Part shown: piece by piece, positions 33,188 through 41,804 of the stretch
Numbering within the stretch: position 1 is the first letter of the stretch
Layout: every line of letters begins with the position of its first letter
NCBI GenBank assembly: GCA_002351925.1
Contig: DEHM01000019.1
Location: forward strand, 14,942-78,941
DNA: 64,000 nt
Source of the DNA: Bacteroidales bacterium UBA2800
GTDB taxonomy: Bacteria; Bacteroidota; Bacteroidia; Bacteroidales; Paludibacteraceae
Direction: 5' to 3'
Translations under genes and position numbers: made by a program
The notes under the pieces: model-generated
What the model was told of the DNA's origin: nothing
The model's database searches: none
What the model saw: the letters and a program-made list of their open reading frames with translations, nothing else

Positions 33188-34135
33188 CTATTGTGTGTTT
33201 GATTCTTTTTTCTTCTTCGTCATGTGTCCGAACAGCAGTCCGATGTACAGCCGCGGTCCGGAGGGGGTGATAAAATTGCTCCAGTTGACATCTTTGGCAA
33301 TGCCGTTGGCGGTGCCGAACTGCAGCATATAGTCGATACGTATTAGTAATGCCATGCTCTTGCTCTTACCCAGCAGTATCTCCAGTCCTGCATAAGGGTC
33401 GAGCAGAAAATACGGGGTGCTGGTGTACGAAGCGTTGTACACCGTGCTGTCCGGCGTGGTCACTATCTGTGCTTTCTCCGGCACAAACAGACGTTTGATG
33501 GTACCACCGCCTACGGTCATACCTATCAGCGGACGCACCTTACCCCAGGTGGTGTAGAAGTCGCAGTGTGCGCCTCCCCATATGTTGCGCAGGTTCGAAC
33601 CGGTGCGCATCAGCGGCATCGTGCTGATGTTGGTCTCTACACCCAGGTGGATATGATCCAGAAAATGTACGCGGAACATAGCGCCTATACCCATACACAC
33701 ACCCGAACGCGGCAACCCTTTCACGTAGTCCTCGCTGCCCAGCCCGTTGTTGCTGAAGAGCTTGTCGGGCGAGTCGGAAAAGAGGTAGCCGCCGTGTATC
33801 GTCAGTCCGCTCGAGAAGCCGGTGAAGATCTCTGCGGCCGACTTCTTCTGCTTCTTCTTCTCCGGCTCAGCTTGTTGCTCGGCCTGTTGAGGCTGCTGTT
33901 GCTGCTCCTGATAGACGTACTGCTGTTGCGGCTGCTGTTGCTGTTGTTGCGGATAGACGTATTCCTGCTGTTGTTGCGGATAGACGTACTCCTGTGTAGG
34001 CTGCGTCGCGGGCGCAGTCTGCGTGGGCTGTTCCGGCGTATAGCCGTAGTCCGACGACGACACCTGCTCCTCCTGGGCGCTGAGCCACAGGGGGAACAGG
34101 GTCATCATCAGTATAATGAGAATCTCTCGACGCAT
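33188..34135 (-). CDS. Secreted/outer-membrane protein with a Gln-rich low-complexity repeat
   Basis: Signal peptide MRREILIILMMTLFPLWLSAQE, then a QEYVYPQQQQ repeat region, a KKKQKK stretch and a beta-rich C-terminal half. Confidence 0.65.
   Translation of the reverse strand: MRREILIILMMTLFPLWLSAQEEQVSSSDYGYTPEQPTQTAPATQPTQEYVYPQQQQEYVYPQQQQQQPQQQYVYQEQQQQPQQAEQQAEPEKKKQKKSAAEIFTGFSSGLTIHGGYLFSDSPDKLFSNNGLGSEDYVKGLPRSGVCMGIGAMFRVHFLDHIHLGVETNISTMPLMRTGSNLRNIWGGAHCDFYTTWGKVRPLIGMTVGGGTIKRLFVPEKAQIVTTPDSTVYNASYTSTPYFLLDPYAGLEILLGKSKSMALLIRIDYMLQFGTANGIAKDVNWSNFITPSGPRLYIGLLFGHMTKKKKESNTQ
33880..33995. repeat. CAG/CAA-rich tandem repeat with three copies of ATAGACGTA (coding strand: QQQ..YVY repeats)
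   Basis: ctgttgttgcggatagacgta(t/c)tcctg occurs twice, plus a third ATAGACGTAC. It encodes QEYVYPQQQQEYVYPQQQQQQPQQQYVYQEQQQQ. Confidence 0.85.
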
Positions 34136-34138
34136 CGT

Positions 34139-34852
34139 TTAGATAATGTCGAATGCTACGTCCATCATATTGGTGAACGAGGTCTGACGCTCTTGAGCCG
34201 ACATAGCCTCACCGGTCACGATGTTGTCCGACATGGTGATCATCACCAGTGCCTTCTTGCCGGCACGGGCTGCGTTCATATACAGTGCAGGAGCTTCCAT
34301 CTCGACGCACAGCACACCCATGTTGATCCATTTGTCGTTGTGGGCGTTCTCGGTGTAGAACGAGTCGGACGAGAAGACGTTACCTACGCGGTAGCGGTAG
34401 CCGAAGCGCTCTGCGCTCTCTGCAGCCTTGCGGCAGAGGTCGAAGTCGGCGATGCATGCGTACGTACCCGGCAACTCATACTGTACACCGTAGTTGCTGT
34501 TGTGGCATGCGCCTTGTGCCAGCACGATGTCTCCCAGGTGCAGGTCTTTGTGCAGCGAACCGGCCGAGCCTACGCGGATGATGGTGTCTACATCGTAGAA
34601 GTTGAACAACTCGTACGAATAGATACCAATCGACGGAATACCCATTCCGTGACCCATCACCGTCAGACGCTTACCTTTGTAGTCGCCCGTGAAAGCCAAC
34701 ATACTGCGCACGTTGTTCACCTGTACGGCGTTCTCCAGATAACGCTCTGCCATTAACTTGGCACGCAACGGATCGCCTGCCATGATCACCGATTTTGCAA
34801 TTTCTCCATACTGCGCACCAATGTGCGGGGTAGGACATTGATTTTTTGCCAT
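34139..34852 (-). CDS. deoD: Purine nucleoside phosphorylase, DeoD type
   Basis: 237 aa. Contains TPHIGA, GDPLRAK, MGHGMGIPS and VEMEA. Confidence 0.9.
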   Translation of the reverse strand: MAKNQCPTPHIGAQYGEIAKSVIMAGDPLRAKLMAERYLENAVQVNNVRSMLAFTGDYKGKRLTVMGHGMGIPSIGIYSYELFNFYDVDTIIRVGSAGSLHKDLHLGDIVLAQGACHNSNYGVQYELPGTYACIADFDLCRKAAESAERFGYRYRVGNVFSSDSFYTENAHNDKWINMGVLCVEMEAPALYMNAARAGKKALVMITMSDNIVTGEAMSAQERQTSFTNMMDVAFDII

Positions 34853-34903
34853 AATTGTTTGTGTTTTTTGTTAAAAAGGTTAATAATATAATATGTTGTC
34901 TTT

Positions 34904-34931
34904 AAACTCTAAACTCTAAACTCTAAACTCT
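34904..34931. repeat. Heptad repeat AAACTCT x4 (perfect)
   Basis: aaactct x4. It ends in the kdsB stop codon, in the kdsB/deoD gap. Confidence 0.95.
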
Positions 34932-35680
34932 CACCCGTTAATCTTATACCACTCAATCGCCCGTGCCAGATCTTCCGGTGTGTCGATGCCTATGGTCTCC
35001 TGGTCGGTCACGCCTACGCGGATGCGGTAGCCGTTCTCCAGCCAGCGCAGCTGCTCCAGCCGTTCTTCTATCTCCAACTTGCTCTGCGGCAACCGGGTGA
35101 TCTCGGCCAGCACGTCTGCCCGGTAGGCATAGATACCTACGTGGCGGTAGTGGCTGCCGTCGGCGCAGGCTATCACCTTACGCGAGAACATCTTCGCCTC
35201 GCCTGTCCGCTTGTCCCATTCCACTTTCGGTGTGTTGGGGTTCTCCAGTGCCTCCTGGCTGTCTTGGTCGGTGTACGGCCTTACGAGGGTGGCTATCTGT
35301 GTGTCCGGCTGGTCGAAGCACTTCATCAGCGCCTCTATCTGCTCCGGTTGTACGAAGGGTTCGTCGCCCTGTATGTTGATCACCACGGTGTCGGTGTCGT
35401 TCTGCGCCCGCCAGGTCGGCGTCGTGATGGCGTAGTAGGCCTCCAGACAGCGCTCGGTGCCGCACTTATGGTCGGGGCGCGTCATCACCACCTTACCGCC
35501 AAACGACTCCACGGCGTCGTATATACGCTCGTCGTCGGTAGCCACTACCACGGTGTCCAGCGCTTTGCTGGCTTGCTCGTACACACGGTGCACCACCGTC
35601 TTGTGGCACAACTCCGCCAACGGTTTACCCGGGAAACGGGTGGACGCATAGCGCGCCGGTATGATTCCTATATATTTCAT
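34931..35680 (-). CDS. kdsB: 3-deoxy-manno-octulosonate cytidylyltransferase
   Basis: 249 aa. Contains IIPARYASTRFPGKPL, NIQGDEP and ENGYRI. Confidence 0.92.
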   Translation of the reverse strand: MKYIGIIPARYASTRFPGKPLAELCHKTVVHRVYEQASKALDTVVVATDDERIYDAVESFGGKVVMTRPDHKCGTERCLEAYYAITTPTWRAQNDTDTVVINIQGDEPFVQPEQIEALMKCFDQPDTQIATLVRPYTDQDSQEALENPNTPKVEWDKRTGEAKMFSRKVIACADGSHYRHVGIYAYRADVLAEITRLPQSKLEIEERLEQLRWLENGYRIRVGVTDQETIGIDTPEDLARAIEWYKING

Positions 35681-38600
35681 ATCTCGTTTCTCTCGATCTT
35701 CGAGAGCAATGTCGTTGCTCCTGCTATTGTCTTTACGTTTTGTATCGACGCATAGCGTCGTCCGGTCTTCTGACCCTTCTTGTCACGCTCTTCCACCAGC
35801 ATACAACGTTCCGGTCGGTTCACGGCGTATTGCACAATCTTGCCAAACGCTTCCGACTGCCAGTAGGCATCTTTCTTCTGCACAAAATAGATGGTCATGC
35901 GCTCGCCTTTCAGCAGTATCTTCTCTATGCCCAGCCGGCAGCAGAGCCAACGGAGCGGCACTACGCTCAGCAGTTCTTCGGCAGGCTCGGGTAGCACTCC
36001 AAAACGGTCGATCAGTTTCTTGCGGAAGTCCAGCAGTTGGTCGTCGCTCCGCAGGCTGTCCAGTTCGCGATACAACGTCACACGCTCGCTGATGTTCTCT
36101 ATGTAGTCGCTCGGGAAGCACACCGGCAAGTCGGTCTCCAGCTGACAGTCCTGGCACCATAATGGAGCCTCTCCCCATCCCTCCCCTGAAGGGAAGGGAG
36201 TTGCGGATTGAGCCCCTCCTTCCAGGGAGGGGTTGGGGTAGGCCTCTTCCTCCTTCAGCTCCTCCACGGCCTCGTTCAGTATCCGCTGATAGGTCTCGTA
36301 GCCCAGGTCGGCAATAAAGCCCGACTGTTCTGCGCCCAGCATGTTGCCTGCGCCGCGGATGTCCAGGTCCTGCATCGCCAGGTTGAAGCCTGCGCCCAGT
36401 TCGGCAAACGTGCTCAGCGCTTCCAGTCGGCGGCGGGCATCTTCGGTCAGCAGCTCTTTGTCGGGTGCGATCAGGTAGCAGTAGGCTTTGCGGTTGCTGC
36501 GGCCTACGCGTCCGCGCAGTTGGTGCAGGTCGGCCAGTCCGTACTGTTGCGCCGAGAAGATCAGGATGGTGTTCACGTTCGGTATGTCCACACCCGACTC
36601 GATGATAGTCGTCGAGATGAGGATGTCGTAGTCGTAGTTGATAAACGCCTCCAGCCGTTGCTCCATCTCGTCGGCGGGCAACTGACCGTGGGCTATCACG
36701 ATACGCGCTTCCGGGCAGAGCCGTCGGATACGGTGCTCTATACGCGGCAACATCTCGATGCGGTTGTTCACTACGAACACCTGTCCGTTGCGGCCCATCT
36801 CCTGTTCTATCGCCTCGCGGATGATGTCCTCGTCGTCCAGTGTGATCAGTTCGGTCTGTACCGGATAACGGTTCTGGGGCGGGGTAGTCATCACGCTCAG
36901 GTCGCGTGCGCCCAGCAGCGAGAACTGCAAGGTCCTCGGTATAGGCGTCGCGGTAAGGGTCAGTACATCAATGTTCGCACGCATACTCTTCAGTTTCTCC
37001 TTTACGGCCACACCGAATTTCTGCTCTTCGTCAATGATCAGCAAGCCCAAGTCGTGCCATTTCACACTCTTGCCCACGATCTTGTGGGTACCGATCAGTA
37101 TGTCTATCTTGCCGGCTTCCAGTTCGGCCAGCAGTTGTTTGGTCTCTTTGGCGCTCTTCAGTCGGCTCAGATATTCTATCCTCACCGGCATGTTGGCCAT
37201 CCTTTCGCGGAAGGTGTTGTAGTGCTGCAGGGCCAGCACGGTCGTCGGCACCAGCACCGCCACCTGTTTGCCGTCGGTGGCCACTTTGAAGGCAGCACGC
37301 ATCGCTACCTCGGTCTTGCCGAAGCCTACGTCGCCGCAGACGAGTCGGTCCATCGGCATCGGACTCTCCAGGTCTCGCTTCACGTCGGCCGTCGCCTTGG
37401 CCTGATCGGGCGTGTCTTCGTAGAGGAACGAGGCCTCCAGTTCATGCTGCATATAGCCGTCCGGACTGTAGGCAAACCCTTTCTGCTGCTTGCGCGTGGC
37501 GTACAGGCGTATCAGGTCGCGCGCGATGTCCTTCACCTTGTCTTTCGTCCGCTCTTTCAGTCGTTCCCATGCACCGCTGCCCAGCCGCGCTATCGTCGGC
37601 TCCGAGCCCTCACGCCCTTTGTATTTGCTGATGCGGTGGAGGTTGTGGATGCTCACAAACACATTCGCCCCGTCGCGGTAGTTTAGTTTGATCATCTCCT
37701 GCGGCTTGCCGTTCACCGGCGTCGTCACCAGTCCGCCAAAACGGGCTATACCGTGGTCACTATGCACCACGTAGTCGCCTATCTGCAGCTGATTGATCTC
37801 CTTCAGCGTGATGATCGCCTTGCCGCGTCGTGCGTTCTCACTGGCCATCGTCACGCGGTGGTAACGCTCAAAGATCTGGTGGTCGGTGTAGCAGCAAATC
37901 TTCAGCCCCCTGTCCACAAACCCCTCATGCAACGTCGCGTTGATGCCTTGGAACCAAACTCCCTTCCCTTTACGGGTGAAGAGCTCTGCTCGATCGGACT
38001 GCCGATGGCCGTCCGTAGAACATTGCTGGGGGTAGGCTTCCATAATCGCCTTCAGGCGATCGAGCTGCTTCTGCTGTTCGGCCAGTATATACACCTTGTA
38101 GCCCTCTTCTATATGCCGTCTCAGGTCGTCGGTCAGCAGGTCGAACTGCTTGTGGAACACCGGTTGCGGACTCGTCTCAAAACTGATCTTATTGTGCTCC
38201 GCAAACGTACTCTTCTCGTTCAGCTCAATGGTCTTCCTCTTTCCTGGGTCTCCTAGGCTCCCTAGGACTCCTAGGCCGTCTAGTTTGAATCGAACGATAG
38301 AGAAATCGTTCGACACCCACACCGTCTCCTCGCTCAGATAGTCCACTATAGTTTGTCCTACAGGCGAAGCCGGTCCTGGTCGGACCTGGTTAGCGGTCTT
38401 ACAGTCGCTCTGCGACGGTCCTACAGCCGAAGGCGGTCCGACAAGGTCGGCCTTCTCGACCTTGTTCTTCGACAATTGGTCTTCTATATCAAACTCCCTG
38501 ATCGAGTCTATCTCGTCGCCGAAGAAATCCAGTCGGTAGGGGGCGTCGTGGCTGTAGCTGTAGATGTCTACTATGCCTCCGCGTATGGCGTATTGCCCGG

Positions 38601-39111
38601 GCGAGTACACGAAGTCCACCCGCTCAAAGCCCAGGTCCGCGAGTTGCTGACCCAGCGTGGTCTGCTGGATGGTCTGCCCTGTCTTCACCTGAAAACTGAT
38701 AGCCGACAGCTCCTCTCTCGCCGGTACGGCCTCTGCCACCGCCTCCGGATAGGTCACGATGATACGGGGCATCGTCGTCAGCGTCTCCGTGCGCTGTATC
38801 TGCGCCGCGTCATCCACAGCCCTTCTCTTCTTCGCCGCTGGAAAGAACCCCACTTCTCCTACAGGCGAAGCCGGTCCTACAGCCTTAGCGGTCAGTGATC
38901 GTAGATCACTATAAAAGTATTGTGCTGCTTCCGCATTGTCAAAGATCACAAACAGGGGTTTCGCTATGTGTGCGAGTGCTAACGCCCTCGCGCTCGCGTG
39001 TAGCCCGCTCAGTAACACATGTGCGTCCCGGTGCGCCAACTCTTTCCTCACGGCGGCCAGCTCCGGATGCTCCCCAAATAGTATGTTCAGTTCTTCTATA
39101 CTCACACGCAC
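35677..39111 (-). CDS. mfd: Transcription-repair coupling factor
   Basis: 1144 aa with a UvrB-homology N-terminus, a CarD/RID domain (GDYVVHSDHGIARFGG), SF2 helicase motifs (GDVGFGKTEVA, DEEQKFG) and a TRG/D7 C-terminus. Carries four repeat-derived in-frame insertions. Confidence 0.93.
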   Translation of the reverse strand: MRVSIEELNILFGEHPELAAVRKELAHRDAHVLLSGLHASARALALAHIAKPLFVIFDNAEAAQYFYSDLRSLTAKAVGPASPVGEVGFFPAAKKRRAVDDAAQIQRTETLTTMPRIIVTYPEAVAEAVPAREELSAISFQVKTGQTIQQTTLGQQLADLGFERVDFVYSPGQYAIRGGIVDIYSYSHDAPYRLDFFGDEIDSIREFDIEDQLSKNKVEKADLVGPPSAVGPSQSDCKTANQVRPGPASPVGQTIVDYLSEETVWVSNDFSIVRFKLDGLGVLGSLGDPGKRKTIELNEKSTFAEHNKISFETSPQPVFHKQFDLLTDDLRRHIEEGYKVYILAEQQKQLDRLKAIMEAYPQQCSTDGHRQSDRAELFTRKGKGVWFQGINATLHEGFVDRGLKICCYTDHQIFERYHRVTMASENARRGKAIITLKEINQLQIGDYVVHSDHGIARFGGLVTTPVNGKPQEMIKLNYRDGANVFVSIHNLHRISKYKGREGSEPTIARLGSGAWERLKERTKDKVKDIARDLIRLYATRKQQKGFAYSPDGYMQHELEASFLYEDTPDQAKATADVKRDLESPMPMDRLVCGDVGFGKTEVAMRAAFKVATDGKQVAVLVPTTVLALQHYNTFRERMANMPVRIEYLSRLKSAKETKQLLAELEAGKIDILIGTHKIVGKSVKWHDLGLLIIDEEQKFGVAVKEKLKSMRANIDVLTLTATPIPRTLQFSLLGARDLSVMTTPPQNRYPVQTELITLDDEDIIREAIEQEMGRNGQVFVVNNRIEMLPRIEHRIRRLCPEARIVIAHGQLPADEMEQRLEAFINYDYDILISTTIIESGVDIPNVNTILIFSAQQYGLADLHQLRGRVGRSNRKAYCYLIAPDKELLTEDARRRLEALSTFAELGAGFNLAMQDLDIRGAGNMLGAEQSGFIADLGYETYQRILNEAVEELKEEEAYPNPSLEGGAQSATPFPSGEGWGEAPLWCQDCQLETDLPVCFPSDYIENISERVTLYRELDSLRSDDQLLDFRKKLIDRFGVLPEPAEELLSVVPLRWLCCRLGIEKILLKGERMTIYFVQKKDAYWQSEAFGKIVQYAVNRPERCMLVEERDKKGQKTGRRYASIQNVKTIAGATTLLSKIERNEI
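36165..36250. repeat. GC-rich double-hairpin (REP/MITE-like) segment, in frame in mfd
   Basis: Hairpin 1 is tccctcccc-tgaa-gggaaggga (36178-36199). Hairpin 2 is cccctcc-ttccag-ggagggg (36213-36232). The flanks are imperfectly inverted (gagcctctcccca / tggggtaggcctc). Confidence 0.8.
38248..38283. repeat. 9-nt repeat NNNCCTAGG x4, in frame in mfd (encodes LGVLGSLGDPG)
   Basis: gtctcctagg ctccctagg actcctagg ccgtctag. Confidence 0.9.
38355..38449. repeat. GTCCTACAGGCGAAGCCG-family words x5, in frame in mfd
   Basis: gtcctacaggcgaagccg gtcctggtcggacctggttagcg gtcttacagtcgctctgcgacg gtcctacagccgaaggcg gtccgacaaggtcg. Confidence 0.85.
38857..38891. repeat. TCCTACAGGCGAAGCCGG / TCCTACAGCCTTAGCGG, in frame in mfd
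   Basis: Same word family as 9621-9685 and 38355-38449. It is followed by the hairpin AGTGATC-gta-GATCACT. Confidence 0.85.
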
Positions 39112-39160
39112 TCGCCTTCTGTACCCACGCGTACATGCGCACTATTCCAAAATTAGCGTG

Positions 39161-39191
39161 CAAATTTACTGCTTTTTTTTTATATACACAA
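39161..39191 (-). promoter_or_regulatory. Promoter for mfd (TTG-N20-TAAATTTG)
   Basis: The reverse complement reads TTGTGTATATAAAAAAAAAGCAGTAAATTTGCACGC. Confidence 0.6.
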
Positions 39192-39217
39192 ATTATTTCC
39201 GAAAAATCGTCTTTTTC

Positions 39218-39248
39218 TTGCGCATGTACATTTTTTTTTGTATTTTTG
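39218..39248 (+). promoter_or_regulatory. Promoter for the MalY/PatB-like gene (TTG-N20-TATTTTTG)
   Basis: TTGCGCATGTACATTTTTTTTTGTATTTTTGCAAGG. Confidence 0.62.
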
Positions 39249-39268
39249 CAAGGTAAAATCGATATACC

Positions 39269-40429
39269 ATGTTAGAATTTGTAGATCGTAAGGGTTCCGA
39301 CTGCTATAAGTGGGACTCGGAGTGTGCGCAGGGGTGCCTGCCGTTGTGGGTGGCCGATATGGATTTTGCTGCCGCCCGTCCTATTCGTGAGGCCATGCGC
39401 CGCCGCCTCGAACACGGCGTCTTCGGCTATTCTATCGTGCCGCAGGCTAACTACGATGCCGTCGCCTCGTGGTTCCAGCGTCGCCACGGTTGGACCGGTA
39501 TCACGCGCGACAACCTGCTCTATACCACGGCTGTCGTGCCCGCTGTCTCGGCTATCTTTGCCGCCCTCAAGGAGCGCATGCATACCGACTGTCTGCGGGT
39601 GCTGACCTTCACTCCGGCCTACAACTGTTTCTTCTCCTGTATCGAGAACATGGGCTGTGCCCTGGTGGCCTCGCCGCTCGTGCTGCGTGACAACCGCTTC
39701 GAGATCGACTGGCGCGATGTGGAGGAGAAAGCTGCCGAGGCCGATGTGTTCCTGCTCTGCAACCCACATAACCCCACGGGACGCGTCTGGAGTCGCGACG
39801 AACTCGAACACCTCGCCGCTATCATGCGCCGCGAGCACCTCTTCTGCCTCTCCGACGAGATCCACTGCGAGTTCGCCTTCCCCGGTCATGCCTACACGCC
39901 GTTCGCCTCTATCGTCATCGACGATACCGACTTCTGCGTCTGCACTTCCGCCAGCAAGGCGTTCAACATCGCCGGCCTGCTCTGCGCGAATATCTACGTA
40001 CCCAATAAGGAACTCTTCGCCCAGATCAACCATGCGCTCGAGATACACGAGGTCAACGGTCTCAACCCCTTCGGTCTGGTCGCCCAGGTGGCTGCCTACA
40101 ACGAGTCGGAGGCCTGGCTCGACGAACTGAACGAATATATCTACGCCAATTTCTGTTACCTCCGCGATTTCCTGGGACGTGAACTGCCCATGCTCCGGCT
40201 CCACGAGACCGAGGGCACCTATCTGGCCTGGGTCGATATCTCCGCCCTGGGTATGTCGGCTGCAGCGTTCTGCCGCTCGATGGCACGCGAGGGACATGTG
40301 CTCTTCAACCCCTCGGAGATGTACGGCGCCGAGCACTATATCCGCATCAATCTTGCCACCTCTAAACAAATACTGGCAGAAGCGCTGCAACGCCTCTGCC
40401 AGTATGTAAAAACTCATCCTACCGCTTAG
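39269..40429 (+). CDS. MalY/PatB-family PLP-dependent C-S lyase (aminotransferase class I/II fold)
   Basis: 386 aa with N-terminal DRKGSDCYKWD and the PLP lysine in SASKAFNIAG. The ATG is 21 nt after the -7 box. Confidence 0.82.
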   Translation: MLEFVDRKGSDCYKWDSECAQGCLPLWVADMDFAAARPIREAMRRRLEHGVFGYSIVPQANYDAVASWFQRRHGWTGITRDNLLYTTAVVPAVSAIFAALKERMHTDCLRVLTFTPAYNCFFSCIENMGCALVASPLVLRDNRFEIDWRDVEEKAAEADVFLLCNPHNPTGRVWSRDELEHLAAIMRREHLFCLSDEIHCEFAFPGHAYTPFASIVIDDTDFCVCTSASKAFNIAGLLCANIYVPNKELFAQINHALEIHEVNGLNPFGLVAQVAAYNESEAWLDELNEYIYANFCYLRDFLGRELPMLRLHETEGTYLAWVDISALGMSAAAFCRSMAREGHVLFNPSEMYGAEHYIRINLATSKQILAEALQRLCQYVKTHPTA

Positions 40430-41589
40430 TCCTGACGGTTGTTTTGGGCGAGCCATTCGCTCGGCGTCACGCCCGTCTCGCGAGAGAAGATACGCGAGAA
40501 CACCGCGGGCGACGAGAAGCCGCAATGCTCGGCTATATCCTGTAGCTTCATATCCGGATGCTCGGTCTTCATGCGCTTGGCTTCATTGATGCGCAGCGTG
40601 TTGACCCACTGGTAGAATCTGCAGCCGTATTCGGTGTTGATGAATTGGCTGAGGTAGGTGCGGTTGAGTGGCAGCACCTGGCGTAAGTCGCTCAACTGGA
40701 AATCGGGATTGAGATAGGGTTTGTCCTTTTCGATCCACTCTTCCAGAGTAGCACGATAGCCGATGTCGGCAGGGGGCTGTTCTTTCGGTTCGTCCTCTGC
40801 CGTACTATGCAAGCGTTTCCACGGATCGGGACGGAAGAGCACACGTTCGGTGGTATAGGCTATGATGAAGGTGAGAAACCATTGTTGCGTGAACGCACGT
40901 GCAGGTTGCTTGGATATACATAGCCAGTAGAACACCAGTCCCGCCAATATCACCATTATGATATAGCGCACGATCCATTGTGCGTCTATGTCGTCCAGCG
41001 TCGAGAAGTTATCCTCGCACCAGAGGCGGTATTTGCGTATGTGCCGAATCAGCAGTGCCAGCAAGGCTATCGGATACATGCCGATGAGCCATCTGAGGTC
41101 AATCGGTACGACGTAATCCACCACGCCTAAAACCACCAATGGCGCTAACTGCATCAAGGAGCGTGGCCAGTTGAGCCAGCCGGGACGCAAGACCTCCGTA
41201 GGGTAGATAAACAGCAACCATGCGAACAGACAAGCCAGCACCATCGTCGTGCCGGACATGGTGTTGGTACCCACCTCCATGATGGCCGAGTTGAGCGTAG
41301 CCGAAGCCACCACCATCACGATCTCCCATGTGCCCCAAGCTATCAGCATCGAGGCCCACGATCGACGCACTCGGATGCCGTCGTGATGTTTGAGGCATAG
41401 CGCTCCGCCGAAGAAGCATATTCCCGCAAAAGCAAGACTCATAGCCGGATTGATAAAAAGGTCAAACAGCGCTGCCGGTATGTAACGCGACAACAGCATA
41501 CTCACCACCAGTACTGCCGATAGTACCAAGCCGAAAACGACCTCCGATTGGTAGGAAAACCATATGTTTTTGAATGTATTTTTCTTCAT
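40426..41589 (-). CDS. Membrane-embedded AraC-family transcriptional regulator (paralog 1)
   Basis: The N-terminal ~260 aa are polytopic membrane domain. The C-terminal AraC HTH is LSQFINTEYGCRFYQWV...IAEHCGFSSPAVFSRIFSRETGVTPSEW. ATG 41589 (MKKNTFKN) is preferred to the TTG at 41598. Confidence 0.8.
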   Translation of the reverse strand: MKKNTFKNIWFSYQSEVVFGLVLSAVLVVSMLLSRYIPAALFDLFINPAMSLAFAGICFFGGALCLKHHDGIRVRRSWASMLIAWGTWEIVMVVASATLNSAIMEVGTNTMSGTTMVLACLFAWLLFIYPTEVLRPGWLNWPRSLMQLAPLVVLGVVDYVVPIDLRWLIGMYPIALLALLIRHIRKYRLWCEDNFSTLDDIDAQWIVRYIIMVILAGLVFYWLCISKQPARAFTQQWFLTFIIAYTTERVLFRPDPWKRLHSTAEDEPKEQPPADIGYRATLEEWIEKDKPYLNPDFQLSDLRQVLPLNRTYLSQFINTEYGCRFYQWVNTLRINEAKRMKTEHPDMKLQDIAEHCGFSSPAVFSRIFSRETGVTPSEWLAQNNRQD

Positions 41590-41608
41590 CCCACGCAAAA
41601 AACGGGTG

Positions 41609-41639
41609 CAAAATTAATACAAAAAAATGACATATGCAA
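41609..41639 (-). promoter_or_regulatory. Promoter for AraC paralog 1 (TTG-N20-TAATTTTG)
   Basis: The reverse complement reads TTGCATATGTCATTTTTTTGTATTAATTTTGCACCC. Confidence 0.65.
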
Positions 41640-41804
41640 GAGCGTATGCCACTTTTTCTGCATTTTTTTTCGTGCTTTTAACCCGGAGCGTCCTCCCGAT
41701 TGACGGGAGGAAGTCCGTGACCGCTCCGCCGAGAAGGGCTTAACCATTGTTCTGGTCGTAAACTGCGAATCGGTGTATTTTTGGAGTGTTGTCGGGAGAA
41801 TATC

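Noticed and set aside
39171-39240. T9 homopolymer runs in the mfd/patB divergent promoter region, considered as slipped-strand phase-variation tracts.
   Set aside because: They sit in the A/T-rich N20 spacer that all promoters of this class have here. The lengths are modest and the spacing currently equals the consensus 20 nt, so there is no evidence of variability from a single sequence.
41704-41716. CGGGAGGAAGTCCG after a hairpin resembles the RNase P RNA P3-P4 region (GAGGAAAGUCCGGGC).
   Set aside because: One A is missing and the following sequence does not continue as UCCGGGCUC. No 3' P4 partner (ACAGAACCCGGCUUA-like) is present, and the available non-coding space is too short for a full RNase P RNA. 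It is treated as chance similarity.
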